Part shown: in pieces, positions 13,206 through 25,480 of the stretch | Layout of the letters: the number at the start of each line of letters is the position of its first letter | How positions within the stretch are numbered: position 1 is the stretch's first letter | From: Ruditapes philippinarum | Taxonomy: Eukaryota | Direction of reading: 5' to 3' | Assembly: GCF_026571515.1 (NCBI RefSeq) | Contig: NW_026852143.1 | Location: forward strand, 1-64,000 | DNA length: 64,000 nt | Made by a program: the position numbers and the translations under genes | The notes under the pieces: generated by a model | The model's database searches: none | Seen by the model: only the letters and a program-made list of their open reading frames with translations | Told to the model about the DNA's origin: nothing

Positions 13206-15982
13206 AGAGTTTCCGGTAAAACTGGTTTAAGAATGACGTTATGATGTATTTATAGTTGACAAAATGGCGGACTAAATTAAGACAATATTTAGTTTTGTAC
13301 AAAAATGACAATAACATTTAACAAAATGAAATTTTTAAACATAAAAGGGAAAAGAATGTTAAAGGGAAAATTTTTAAAAATTTAATCAAAAAATAGTAAA
13401 GCATCAAAAATTTAGGTGATTTGGTTTTGGGGTGCAAAAAATTGGGAATATCTCATTAAAAGAAGCATGCGAGAGGTCATTTTACAGCTGTTGAAGATTT
13501 GTTTAATTGTTCGATTGGCGGGAAAGTAAGAACTTTTGATAAGTCGAACAATAGCAACATATCGGCCATTTACGTCAGTCTCTCAGATTAGCAATAATCG
13601 GCGATGTGTTCCGAAGTTAAAGAAGCACATGCTTCACTAGGTCAAATAATAGTGCTTAATGATATTGTTACGAAATTCTGTTTTAACAGAAAATCTATTT
13701 AAACACGTTTTCGCTGAAAATGTGTTTCATTTAGAACTAACTCTATATGCTTGTATAGATTAAGGCCACGTGAATGTATGATAATAAAATCAATTAAAAT
13801 AACATTATGCATCATAATTATATACTAGCAAAAGTCTAAAGCAAATTCAACACTTAAACTACAACGACTCAACTCAACTCAAAGAACGCAACAAAAAAAT
13901 TCGAGCTTATAAATCCTTTTGTTTGCGTTATGTGCAAAAGTGGACTGGTGTGCGACCCACTTGCGGAAACCAGTCTAAACGACTCCTTGCGCGACATGAA
14001 TGACATGCATTAACTTTGTTCAAAATGGTGCACAAGTGGTTCAGGTATATCTCTGCAATTCAAACATAAGAACAAATCAAAATACATCAATATAAGTGTT
14101 AACATTCGTTCAACTTACAAATTCGCAGTAAATATGAAGATAATACCAGTAATTATGTACACAATGCAATCATGAATTGTTGAAAAGGCTTTTGGTCCGA
14201 AGCTTATAAATGCTTTGTTTTTTCAGTAATCTAGCTCCACTTAAAAACCCTATTAACGATGACATTGTTTGTTTTTATTAAAAATTGAAATCAGACCTTT
14301 TAATTGACTTCTTCTGTAGTCTGTCGTCGCTAAAGAAGTCATGCAAAAGGTCAGTTTTCAATTATGAATAAAAACATTGCAACTTAGTGCAGAAAGTAAA
14401 TATATTTGTACTTTTTATGGTATATAAGATTGATACACTTACATTTGAACATTTTAACCAAGTACATGTAACATCTATATAGACAATATAAGCAGTAAGG
14501 AATTTCATTCCTAAAATCTGATATTTTTTGGAGATTATGAAGGGCTAAAAATAGTTCACTCTAAGCGACCTTCACTTGCTGATCATATCTAAAAAAACTG
14601 AGCTGTGCCAATGACCTGGACTGTTAATGACCCGATTGTTTTACAACGAAATGAGTAAAGAAATGTTGGCCAGATATTCCATCCTAAAAACAATACTCCT
14701 TTTTAAATTTCACAGTATTGTAGCTATTATAAATGTTGACTGTCACTTGTTTTCCAATTCGCTGTTTACAAAACAATAAACAATTTACTACAGTCGATGT
14801 TAATTTTTCGTTTAGGTAAAGTCGTATTTTGAATCGGAACGTGCGCATAACAATGTTTGTAGGCTGGTTCTAATGATTTTAGACTGTAAATGAGATTCAT
14901 TTAACACAATTTGATACGCAAAAAAGGATGCCGCCAGCAATCAAATTCGACCATGTGGAGAGGTTTGATGACCTCTGCAACTGAGCCTTTGATAGCTTTT
15001 TAATAATTTGTGACTCTTCAAAGGGAGGTTGTAAAATTATAGATATGGTACTAAATTATTCAGCAACTTTAATAAAAATATATAATATATATTTTGTATA
15101 AAATTTAAACGCATGACTCTCTTTGTTTTGCATTTTTAAAGTTTGATAATGATTGTAAATTGACTGATAAATTCTACAATCTCCCCTTGCAAATCGGAAT
15201 GATAAAGCACTTGTAATTAAACATGACTGGTAAAGATGCCTAGTCCGAAAATTCGTAACAAAGTTCAAATTTATGTTGAAAATATAATGATAACAATTGG
15301 ACAATAAAAGTTTTTTGTAAAAAAAATGAAAATCTAATAACTGCATATGTTTATTTGAAACATTTTATTTTTCATGTTACATGTTTTATGTTTAATAGTT
15401 TCATAAGTGATTTTCCATTTGAATCAATATTGATTCCGTTTTCTGGAACTAATCAGTACGACTTCGTGTAAGGAAACATGGCTGTGTGGCTGTGCAGGAG
15501 TCGTGTACAGCTTATAAGAAGAAAACACCTTAAATGGTTCAAACAATGAAGTAATACAAATCAAATGTGCGTTAATCAAAATATTAATTGTTTTCCAGTC
15601 GATCATAAATAAAATGTCATATGAAAGAAATACATGTTTTCTGGTTTCTTATTCTACTGTTTGTATTTCTAGGCTTTCTTCTCAGTCAAATATGATAAAC
15701 AAGATCAACAAAGAAAGGCGGCGTTTAATGAACGCTACCCCGACACGACCCAGCAACAATAACCAGTAGGTCCATAAAGTCAAAGGGCACAGGAGTCAAG
15801 TTTTGTGAAATCTATGACGAAATGGTTTATAACAACAAAACAAACAATACAATCACTAAACGACATGTCATTTAACTTAACTCATATAACATATTTTATA
15901 GAATAATCATCATTTTCCGAATGTATATCTATGTAGGTTCTTCATGCATCTTGCTTCTTAAATACGTACACTAGGGATACGA

Positions 15983-18900
15983 TCACTTCTTCTCCGTTTG
16001 AACTTTTGTGCCTTCTGCAACACCTTTACAAACTAAAGCTCCACCTTCATCCAATAATAGTGCAGGCCATACCATATAACTGACTAGATGACCGGAAGTC
16101 ATATATTCTCTGTAGAAGTTTTTGTCAAATCTTGACCCGGGTTCGCAAGTATGCAGTGTCATTGGCGGTGACTGGACTATCATCATCCAAGAAATGAATA
16201 TACACTCCAAAATAAAAGGTTTGAGACCTTCAATGTAACCTTTTGACCAGTATAGTTCCATATAAGCCTATAATATATATAATTGTACATCTTAACTGCT
16301 ATTTGTGAATAACAAAACAACAAAAAATAGTGACCAAGTGGTGCACTGTAACCGAATGAATTCAAACCCTGCCAGGGGCAAATTGTTGTTTCCTTAAGCA
16401 AGAAACTTTACACTCATTGCTAAGTACTGGTTGGTTCCGAGAATGGATTCAAAAATATGCCTAAAAGCCTATAAGCTTATAGCTTCGTGCACAACCGAAA
16501 TGGAATAAATTCTAAATAAATATGTAAAGAAAGTAAAACAAAATATAAATATAAAATAAATTTTGTATAAACCAAAAATAGCGAAATTCATGATGTGATA
16601 GAGAACATGTTTGTAGAGTACAAATACAATTAATACTATAATACAAATAAAAGTGTCTGTACATTTATATTATAATTCTTTGGCTTTATATTACCTTGAT
16701 AAAGATATATCAATTTACTCGTAGTAACTTAATATACCTTTTGTAGTACAGGTACCATGTATGTAGCCATCTCCTTAATCAACTGTTTTAATTTACTGTT
16801 GACATCAACCTTTGCTTCATCTCCAATCTGGACCTAGGATACATGTTATAAAGATACTATATTTGTGTTAAGTTAATTTCCATCATTCAATAGTGACCTT
16901 TATGTTATCTACATGTAGATACATTGCAGCTGCAAATGTATGTGATTTAATCTTTATTTTTATCAAAGAAAGAGTTGCATGCTATAAATGCGTTACAATC
17001 CCGTTTGATAGGCTATATGGCCGTGTAAAAACGAATATTTGTTAAATTACCCTGTCCCGGATGCTCAAACGGTGCCATATGATCTCTTTGTGATATGTAT
17101 TCATAAATATATGTTTATATAACTTATATTGTACACAATATGAAAATGCAAAATAGTATTTAAATATATAGATTTAACACAGCATTAAAGATAATGAAAA
17201 TATCCATAATATATTATTAGATATAAATATCTATTACAGAGAGATAATATTGTAAAAATCAATCAAGCTTATTTTGTAAACTATTATGTTTTTATTATAC
17301 ATTGTTGGGTAGATACTGAATTTTCTTTGGTAAATACAAAGCTGTAAAAGCAAAAATTGGACGAGGCTTAAGTCAATATATAGGGTTTGCAACTGTGTTT
17401 GAGTCCGATAGAGTGTTTTATGTCGTAAGCACTGTAGAATTACCTCTTTATTTAACACCATAAATGATTTCAAAGGAAAACGCATTGAATTAAAAACGTG
17501 GCATCAACAGCGTTTTGTATTTTATAAAAGTATAGTTACTTCTAATGCAAAAGTGCAAGGTATGAACTTGGATATAAAACGATGCACAAATTGATAAGAA
17601 TGGATCGAATAATGATTTATATTGACAAATCAATGGTGTAAACTGTAGACTGTATTTTAGTTACATTTAAAGATATACTATGCTCAAATTTGATAATAGA
17701 ATTGCTACACAGTCTCTTTGTAAATATGAAATAAATATGTTTTGACTTCACACAAAGTAGAATAAACATGTTTTGACTTCACACAAAGTAGATATGTTAT
17801 GTTTTAATTTTACACACATTTTATTTCATTAAAACCATTTGATTCAAGAATGAATTCGAAGAACAAAATAAAAATGTTATTCGTTAAGCCGTTACTGCCG
17901 AAGATATAAACATAAAATATATGTACTTTTTAAAATCTGGAGGGATGAAAACAGCAAAATTGCATAAAAATTGCAGACTCGGTTTGATTAAGTCTGCACA
18001 TGAAGCTAGTGCAAAGTGCAAAATCCCTCATGCCCGTCTTTGCACCGGCTTAAGCGTTACTCTATACCCTATTATTACATGTATAAGGTATATTCGTCAT
18101 TCTAAAAATGTAAAATAAATAATGGACTTATTATACGTTATCCATTTTTGTCTGTTTAACCAGTTATATACAGTTCATATCATCGGTTCAAAGAAGAGTA
18201 TAAATTATTTACATGTCTAGTACTTGGCTGAATATTCCCCGGATTATCTTTTGATCTTGCCATCCACCTCTCTTGTTGGAATTTTATTTCTTCCATCGAT
18301 TGTTGTCGTAGAACATGAGCTACTTTCTTTCCCTTTATAAGGAATCAAATCTTAATAAAACTATTTTACATTGATTTAAATTCATTAGAGAAACATATTT
18401 TATTTTACCATTTACAAAAATCAAACTTCGTTAAATAATGATTTTATATACAATAAACCAACGAAACTTAAAATCTTATTCATGTTGTGTAAAGCAAACA
18501 CTGTGTACATATATATCTCCCTTTTTCTTTCAAGATTCCTAATTCGTCTTGATGAAACAAAATATAATATGCCATATAAGAATAAATTTGAATTGTATTT
18601 TATATGAAATATTTTCTAATTTCTTCAACGGTACTTCATCGTAAATAAGAATATTTTATTTTTTTTCAGTACATCAAATTACACCATGAAGTATTATATG
18701 GATAATAAAGTAATGACCTGGTTAGGTTGCATTGTTGCATGAGATTGCAGTTTCTGAAAATAAAGATGGAATGAATATGAATTAACATAAGTATTTAGTT
18801 ATTTAGTAAGCATTATCTTATGACTATCTTTAATCTTAATTGATATTTTATACCTTTATCTTATAAAAGCAAATCGTACTTACTTTTCAAAGCGTTTCTA

Positions 18901-21900
18901 AGTTATGAGAAAATCATTTCTTAATATTTCTCTTAACAATGCAAGAATTATCGAGTATAAAACGATATCACATTAGTTCACAGAGGTTAAAGAAAAATTG
19001 CATATCATCTACATATATCTATAAACATAATACTGTAAATATATAAACGTGAAAAGGGTTCCTTCACAAACCTTTTCATTTTCTGGACTTTTTTCACCTT
19101 CAAACATTAGATTGACAGCGTCTGATGACTTTTTCAGCAAAAGCTCCGCATTACTTTTACAAAACTGCATCACATGCTTTATAAAATAAAACAATCAATT
19201 TTATCAATACCAACACATATATACACGTCACTCTAAATCTTCTATAAATGTTCATTTTTAACGGAATAGACTGAAATAGCAGGCGTTATTATGTTAATTG
19301 CGAAACATTGCTTGGATACAAAATTGACCAAAATTGATATGCGGTGGGAAACTAGCTGTATCGTATTTCAGTATAATAAACTATCGAATCCCACGTGACT
19401 GTGCCCTTTTTAATTGCAATATATGGATCATTAAACGATTTGCATTAGTATGCCACACGTGAATTATATGCTACACAACTTAGAAGTCAGAGGGTGCCGT
19501 TTTCCGGGCATTGGAAACACTTGTCCCGTTCTATCATCCTCAACGGGATATGATATCTATATGATAACTCTGTAATATCAAATTTGCGTCTCAAAAAAGG
19601 TCTGGTATTACATGTATTATGATAACATAAAATCCTTGACATGCGTCTGAAATTATGTGTGTGTAGGCATTAAAAGTTGAAGGAAAACTTATCACTTTAA
19701 ACTAATGGGCAGGTGAATATTATAAAAACAATTGTCGGCAATATTACCTGTAAAGTAAGGGCTAAAGTCTCAATTGCAAATTGTTCCTCATGACCTGCGT
19801 TCTTTAGTGCTTCAAATGCATCTGTCCATTGGTTGTCGTACAATTCACTGTATACTTCACCGAGTTTCGTCGGTCTGTTCGGATCGCTCAGATCAGTTAT
19901 TGCCGAATTGTCTTTTGTAAGTCTTTCTCCCGCAATTTTACTTAGTCTGCCAAATTAAAAAAAATTAATTCAAACAAAAAATTCAATGATTTAATAATAA
20001 TTGCAAAAATATTTTTGTGATTAATTGCCTTGTTTTTGCACGGTGCGGACATTAGAATTACGATTGAAAGGTATCTTAATTTACTGGTCAAAAGTGTGGT
20101 TATTTTCGAAAATAATTAATTAGCAATTTACCGTAACAAAAGCGAATCCTTTTCTTTCTTCTGCTCCTTGAATTCATATTCCAGTGATTCATATTTTGCT
20201 TGCAGCAGTTGGCATTCTTCCATGACTTTAAGCTTTTCTCTTTTGAAACTTTCTTCCATTTGTTTGATTTGTCTTTGAAGATTCTCCACAAATTCAGAAT
20301 GCTCTTTCTTCGTTTTCCCTTTCTTTGCTTTCTTGTTAACGAGACAATCATTTGATAAGTGTTCTAACTTGCCTGTTGTTGTTATTATCATTATGTCTTA
20401 TTAAATGTTATAAATAATTGTATTAACAAACTTACCATCAACATGTTTGTTCTTAGTATGTTTAAAATTTCTTTGTCACATTCGTAAATATTTAGTTTAT
20501 TTTGTTGTAAACAGGATATATTTAGGACTGTTAGGAATTTATTATATAATTCATCATAGGCTTTTGGAAATGCATAATATAAATCACGTTAATTTTGTAT
20601 ACAGAAATAAACGTATGCAAAATTAATTATTAATTATTTGTATTCTGCATTTCCAAAAACCTATTTTTATATATATGAGATCCACACAAAGAATCGAACT
20701 TCTTCTTTTATAATTATATAATTATACAAAACTCACACAGGAATGTTTGAAAAAATACCAAAATGTTTCTCATTCTAACAGTGAATGTATCTTCTAATAT
20801 TTAAGTATGTTTTATTCTAAACATTCAAATGTGCTTTAATAAGAAAGTGTGGTGAAAGAATGACAAAAATTTATTTCGTAGACCAGCTGATCCAAACCAA
20901 TTATATTTCGGTAATGAATGTTGATACTACCTTCTTGACTTCCATGTCTTTATATTGTGCGACTGCGATTTCTAACTCTTCACATCTGTATAAAGTAGAA
21001 AGTAGATGTAGAAGACATTGTATAGTATAGGTTTCAATAACAATTGGATCATGCATCAATGACATATTCGAAATAATTGTTTGATACATTGCTATAAATA
21101 TGTCACAAAAAAGGCATTATTGAATAAATCATGACGAAGATTTGATCTAAATCAAACATCAGGGCATTGTGAAATTTGTCCAGGCATTAATACGTACATG
21201 TCTATTATAAGTCTTACATTTTGAACAGGATAAATACTAATCCAAGTTTTACTTTGTAACAGTTTTAAGTATTAGATGCCAAGCATAAAACAATGTACCG
21301 TTTTTTCTTTTCATTTAGCTCACTGTCCATGTCTTTATATTGTTTCCGAAGATTCTTCAATTCTTCGTCTGTTTGTTCAATCTCGTTTTGTTTATCATTG
21401 TTCTCCTGTTTTAAATAGAAAATAAATCTTCATTTTCTTTAGTTTTTATTTCTTGTATTTGATATCAAAAATAACTTTTAGCATTTTTTAATTTTGATGA
21501 TTTTGGTTGTTAGGATATTGTATTTTTCTATAAATTCACTTACTTGACATCAATATTTTTTGAAGTGCTAAGCAATTTAAAGTCATTAAAAACTAAGTTT
21601 TTCATAATGTCTTTATTGTTGTAGCATGGGACAATAGCAGGGAATACCTTGACGTTAATGAACAAATCCTAACAAATTTTAGTATACCCATTCACGTGAG
21701 TTTTAAAAATTAATTTACTTTTGTTTATGCTGAATTCTGATGTTATTACAAGGTGTTTTAAATAAGTTACATATCATAAATAAAATATAATTATGTATTT
21801 TAAGTGTACCTGCTTTTCTCCGATTTCACTGTGTTTTTCAACTTCCTTTTTTAAATATTTACATCTGTAAAAACATAGTAAAAGGTTGTTTAATAACATT

Positions 21901-23926
21901 TTAAAGGTTTGAAGTAATGAAGTCCAAATTCTTGTAGCAATGTCATAAATCAATTTTGAAAGGTTATGTTGAAATGAAATTTCGGAAATTCGTAATCGAT
22001 TATGGAATGTACTGTAATACTCAAATCAAATGCCAAAATGTCATCAAAACAATAACAGACATATCATCTTTTAGTTAATCTTATTATTATTACTGTACTT
22101 TTCAGATGTTTCTTTGTTTTCGTTTTCTAAGTCTTTGACATGTGTTTCTTGGTCATTCATTTTCAGTAAAAGTGGCGTGGTCTTTTCATCCAATTTTTGA
22201 GACCCTGCTTTCTGTTGTTCGTCGGTCTTACTTGGTATATGTGTTGAATTCTCATTGTCTGCAACTTTGGAAGATTTTTCCTCAAAATGTTTGGCGCTTT
22301 GCTGAAAAACAACGCAAATGTGAATAATTAGTCTCAAAATATTCATTTATAATATTTTCTTTGAACAATTTCAATACATGGGTATCTACTGATGCATACT
22401 TCAAAATTGATCAGATGTTTTAAGAATATGCGATTTTCATATAAGCTTAAGATTTATCAAGTTTACCAATCAAAGCAAAACTGTAACATTTTAAATACAG
22501 TCGTTTTGGGCATTCCTTAGAATTCCGTTTTCCTCTTTCTTAACATGTGATGGAGTTTGCAGCTTCTAGTTGCCGTGTGATTTTCACTTATAATTTCCTT
22601 CGAGTGTTGCATGAAGCAGAGACAAGCCTCAATGGTAATTATTAACTTTAAAATCGGTATAAGATCTAGGAAGGGATCGGATGACTAAAATTCTGATAAG
22701 GGGAGATCCCTCGAGAGCAATAAAAATAACAGTAAAATATGATAATTAAAAATGAAAATAATGAAAGGCGCATTATCTCTTATGCCCTTTAAAACATGCA
22801 TAAACAGTATTTAATTTCTAATACAATTAAGTATTTAAAGCAATGGTCACGGTGGACCACAAGTAAAAAACTAACATTAGACCTCAGACAAATACAGTTC
22901 GCCATTACATACCTGCAATACTTTAGTGTTATGATTTGAAGACGGTGTGTCTTCGTCTTTTGTACCGTTATCAACATCACTATAGCAACAAAAATAATAA
23001 CTAATGAAAGTTTGACAACGTATATTGAACTAAGTATAAATGTAATTTTCTTTAAATATTTGAAGTTACTGTAGAAGCAACATTATCTTGACGGTTTGGA
23101 TCATCATTCATTTTTTCGAAAAGCATATGGTCTTAGTCATATTCAAATGTTTAAAAAAGCTAGAGAAATACAAATAATCGACGAGGAAAGAATATTTTGA
23201 AATTGATAATGCAGTACATGTATACCGAATTTCATACTTTGTTGATATTTTCTTTTGAAGTGTTTCGATTGTTCTCCTTTGTTCATTGATTTTCTCCTCA
23301 GCAACTTGTAGATTATTGACCAGAGTATCATTATTTTTTTTCATTTGTGTTAGTTGAGCTTGTATTTGACGAGTTGTTTCCTTACAGCATGATGGTAAGT
23401 TTGTTGGGTTATCATGATATTTGCCGCGTTTGTATGTTAACTGCTGAATTAATAATTAGAAATGTTCGACATTACTGCATTATCCACATTTCTATACAAA
23501 CAATAAAAGTACAATGTATTTCTGAAATATGTTTTGTATTCATTGATAACTATAAACAGTTAAAGACATAAAAATATGCAAAGCGGCGCTTACAAAATAA
23601 GACAAGAAGCATGTTTTACTTTGATAGTTTTTGTGTATTTTTCAGTGTTTGAATAGATGTCATGTTAATATTTGAAATAATTAATTGCTGCTTCATATGA
23701 AAAACGAATGTAGATAACTACGTACTATCAATGTCCGAATATTTGTCCATCTTGTCTCTGTTTCATCCATTTGTTGTTCGAGATATTCTGGTACCCAACT
23801 TCTGTCTTTTTTCTCCCAACTTTCTTTGAGATTTTTAATGTTATCATCCCACTTCTTTACTTCATCTTCGAAAAATTTAAGAGCGTCTTCTATGTTCCCT
23901 TTATTTGACGATTGTTTAGCACCCAT
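15983..23926 (-). CDS. Mieap-like coiled-coil protein, full-length copy C, ~651 aa. Exons 23926-23726, 23443-23238, 22979-22913, 22301-22099, 21864-21810, 21405-21299, 20985-20931, 20451-20436(?), 20372-20132, 19946-19748, 19176-19072, 18332-18213, 16833-16738, 16267-15983
   Basis: Phase-compatible GT-AG chain from MGAKQSS through E/K/Q-rich coiled-coil exons and RLSKIAGERLTKDNSAITDLSDPNRPTKLGEVYSELYDNQWTDAFEAL to the Mieap C-terminal exon (WMMIVQSPPM...VWPALLLDEGGALVCKGVA). The 16-nt exon is the least certain. Confidence 0.82.
16328..16515 (+). mobile_element. Degraded tRNA-derived SINE (CORE-like central box); related copies at ~25315-25480(-), ~47010-47090(-), ~52095-52260(+), ~53505-53625(-)
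   Basis: A-box-like GTGACCAAGTGG, B-box-like GAATTCAAACC, TCCTTAAGCAAGAAACTTTAC core, and an AGTACTGGTTGGTTCC segment shared with the other copies. Confidence 0.6.
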
Positions 23927-24069
23927 TATGAATATATTTATTTAATCTGCAAATCGCAAGAGTTCAAATTATATGTGGGCAACAAAAACATGATCTAATA
24001 TAATTACAAACTATTAACATTATTTGAAAATCTGGAAACAAAGTGATCCCTCGGAAGCATTAATCACAA

Positions 24070-24375
24070 CAAAATTACATGAAAATTGCAGACTCGGTTT
24101 GATTAAGTCTGTACATGAGGGATAATGAATAAATGCAAATCCCTTACGCCCCCTAGCCCGGCTTGAGCGGTAATCAATTATCAACACTTAAAAGTGCTGG
24201 CATCATTGATCACAAAGGACCAGAAAAATATAACAACACTGAAGTGAAGTACGCGGCAACTTTTTACAGTTGCCACACAGCACTTGACACCTGCTGATGT
24301 GCAGTATAAAACTCTTGAAACAAAGTGATCATTCGGAAGCATTTATCACAACAAAATTACATGCAAATTGCAGGT
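24070..24375. repeat. Dispersed repeat fragment, also at ~17952-18070 and ~27705-28025
   Basis: Shared AAAATTGCAGACTCGGTTTGATTAAGTCTG and CCGGCTTGA.CGGTA.TCAATT...AAAAGTGCTGG...GCACTTGACACCTG blocks. Confidence 0.6.
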
Positions 24376-25314
24376 TTGAAGTCGGTATTCACATGATCTA
24401 TACAGGGAATAGAAATGTACATAAAGTATCAACTGTATATATATAAAAGTAGAACATGACAGTAAACAGGCTGACATATTAATCAAGGATTACAGATCTT
24501 TATGAGTGCGAAAAGGAGTCGGCTTTTCGTTGATTTTATACTTTTATATATGGTTAAAAGTATTAATTTTTCAAATTTGACAATTTAACCGTCTTTTTTT
24601 CAGTGCACACTAACCCCCTTGCATTTTTAAAAATATTACAATAACCATGATATGCCTTTTTGTTTTTAAACGAACTATTTCTGTGTATGAAAAACGTTTG
24701 AGTAGATAATTTTACGTCCTTTATTTCAGTTTGGATCAATTGAAGGGAAACGATCATTGATTTTAACAATTTTGTTCATATCAAATAATAAATGCATGCG
24801 TGTAAAAAAAGACTTTTCTGTTCAAACAACTAAAACAGATTTACATATAAAGAAAATTTATAAAGACTTAAACCACAAGCATCATAACAGATATATAAAC
24901 CAGTTGAACAAATTTAACCATCCAGATACTCGTTACAGCTTGAACTTGACACCTGTAAAAAATTTCCTAGCCAGAGTTTCTTATTTGCAATTAAACATTG
25001 TTGATTCGTTATTTGTATAAGTCATTACGGGTTTGTCTTTTCATAACATGATTAATTTTCTGAAAAAAGTGATCCTGAAATGACCGGACCGGAATTCGAG
25101 CCCAATACACGTTGCTTACACATACTAAGCGGCCCCACCGGTTTCCAAAAGTTATCAGAAAAATGTCAGAAGCAGGGTTAATATTCTAGATTTAAAATTT
25201 CTGTAAGGTTCGTAATCATCAATTACTCAAATGTCATTATATCAATAGATATCATATTTATTTCATGCAACAAATATTGTTACCCCATCCTAACATTTGG
25301 TTAATACGTGATTT

Positions 25315-25480
25315 ATTTTAGTTTGATTAAGAACTTTTAGCTTATAGACACACTCTCGAATCCATTCCTGGAAACAACCAGTACTAAGCAACGAGTGTAA
25401 AGGTTCTTGCTTGTCCTTGACAAGGATTGAACCCACGCGGGTAGCGATTCTTAGATTACTTATTCTACGCGTTACCGCCA
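25315..25480 (-). mobile_element. Degraded tRNA-derived SINE copy
   Basis: Reverse complement matches 16328-16515 (GGAAACAACCAGTACTAAGCAACGAGTGTAAAG; GGATTGAACCC B-box). Confidence 0.55.

Noticed and set aside
16328-16400. tRNA gene
   Set aside because: Only degraded A/B boxes followed by a SINE body; no cloverleaf.
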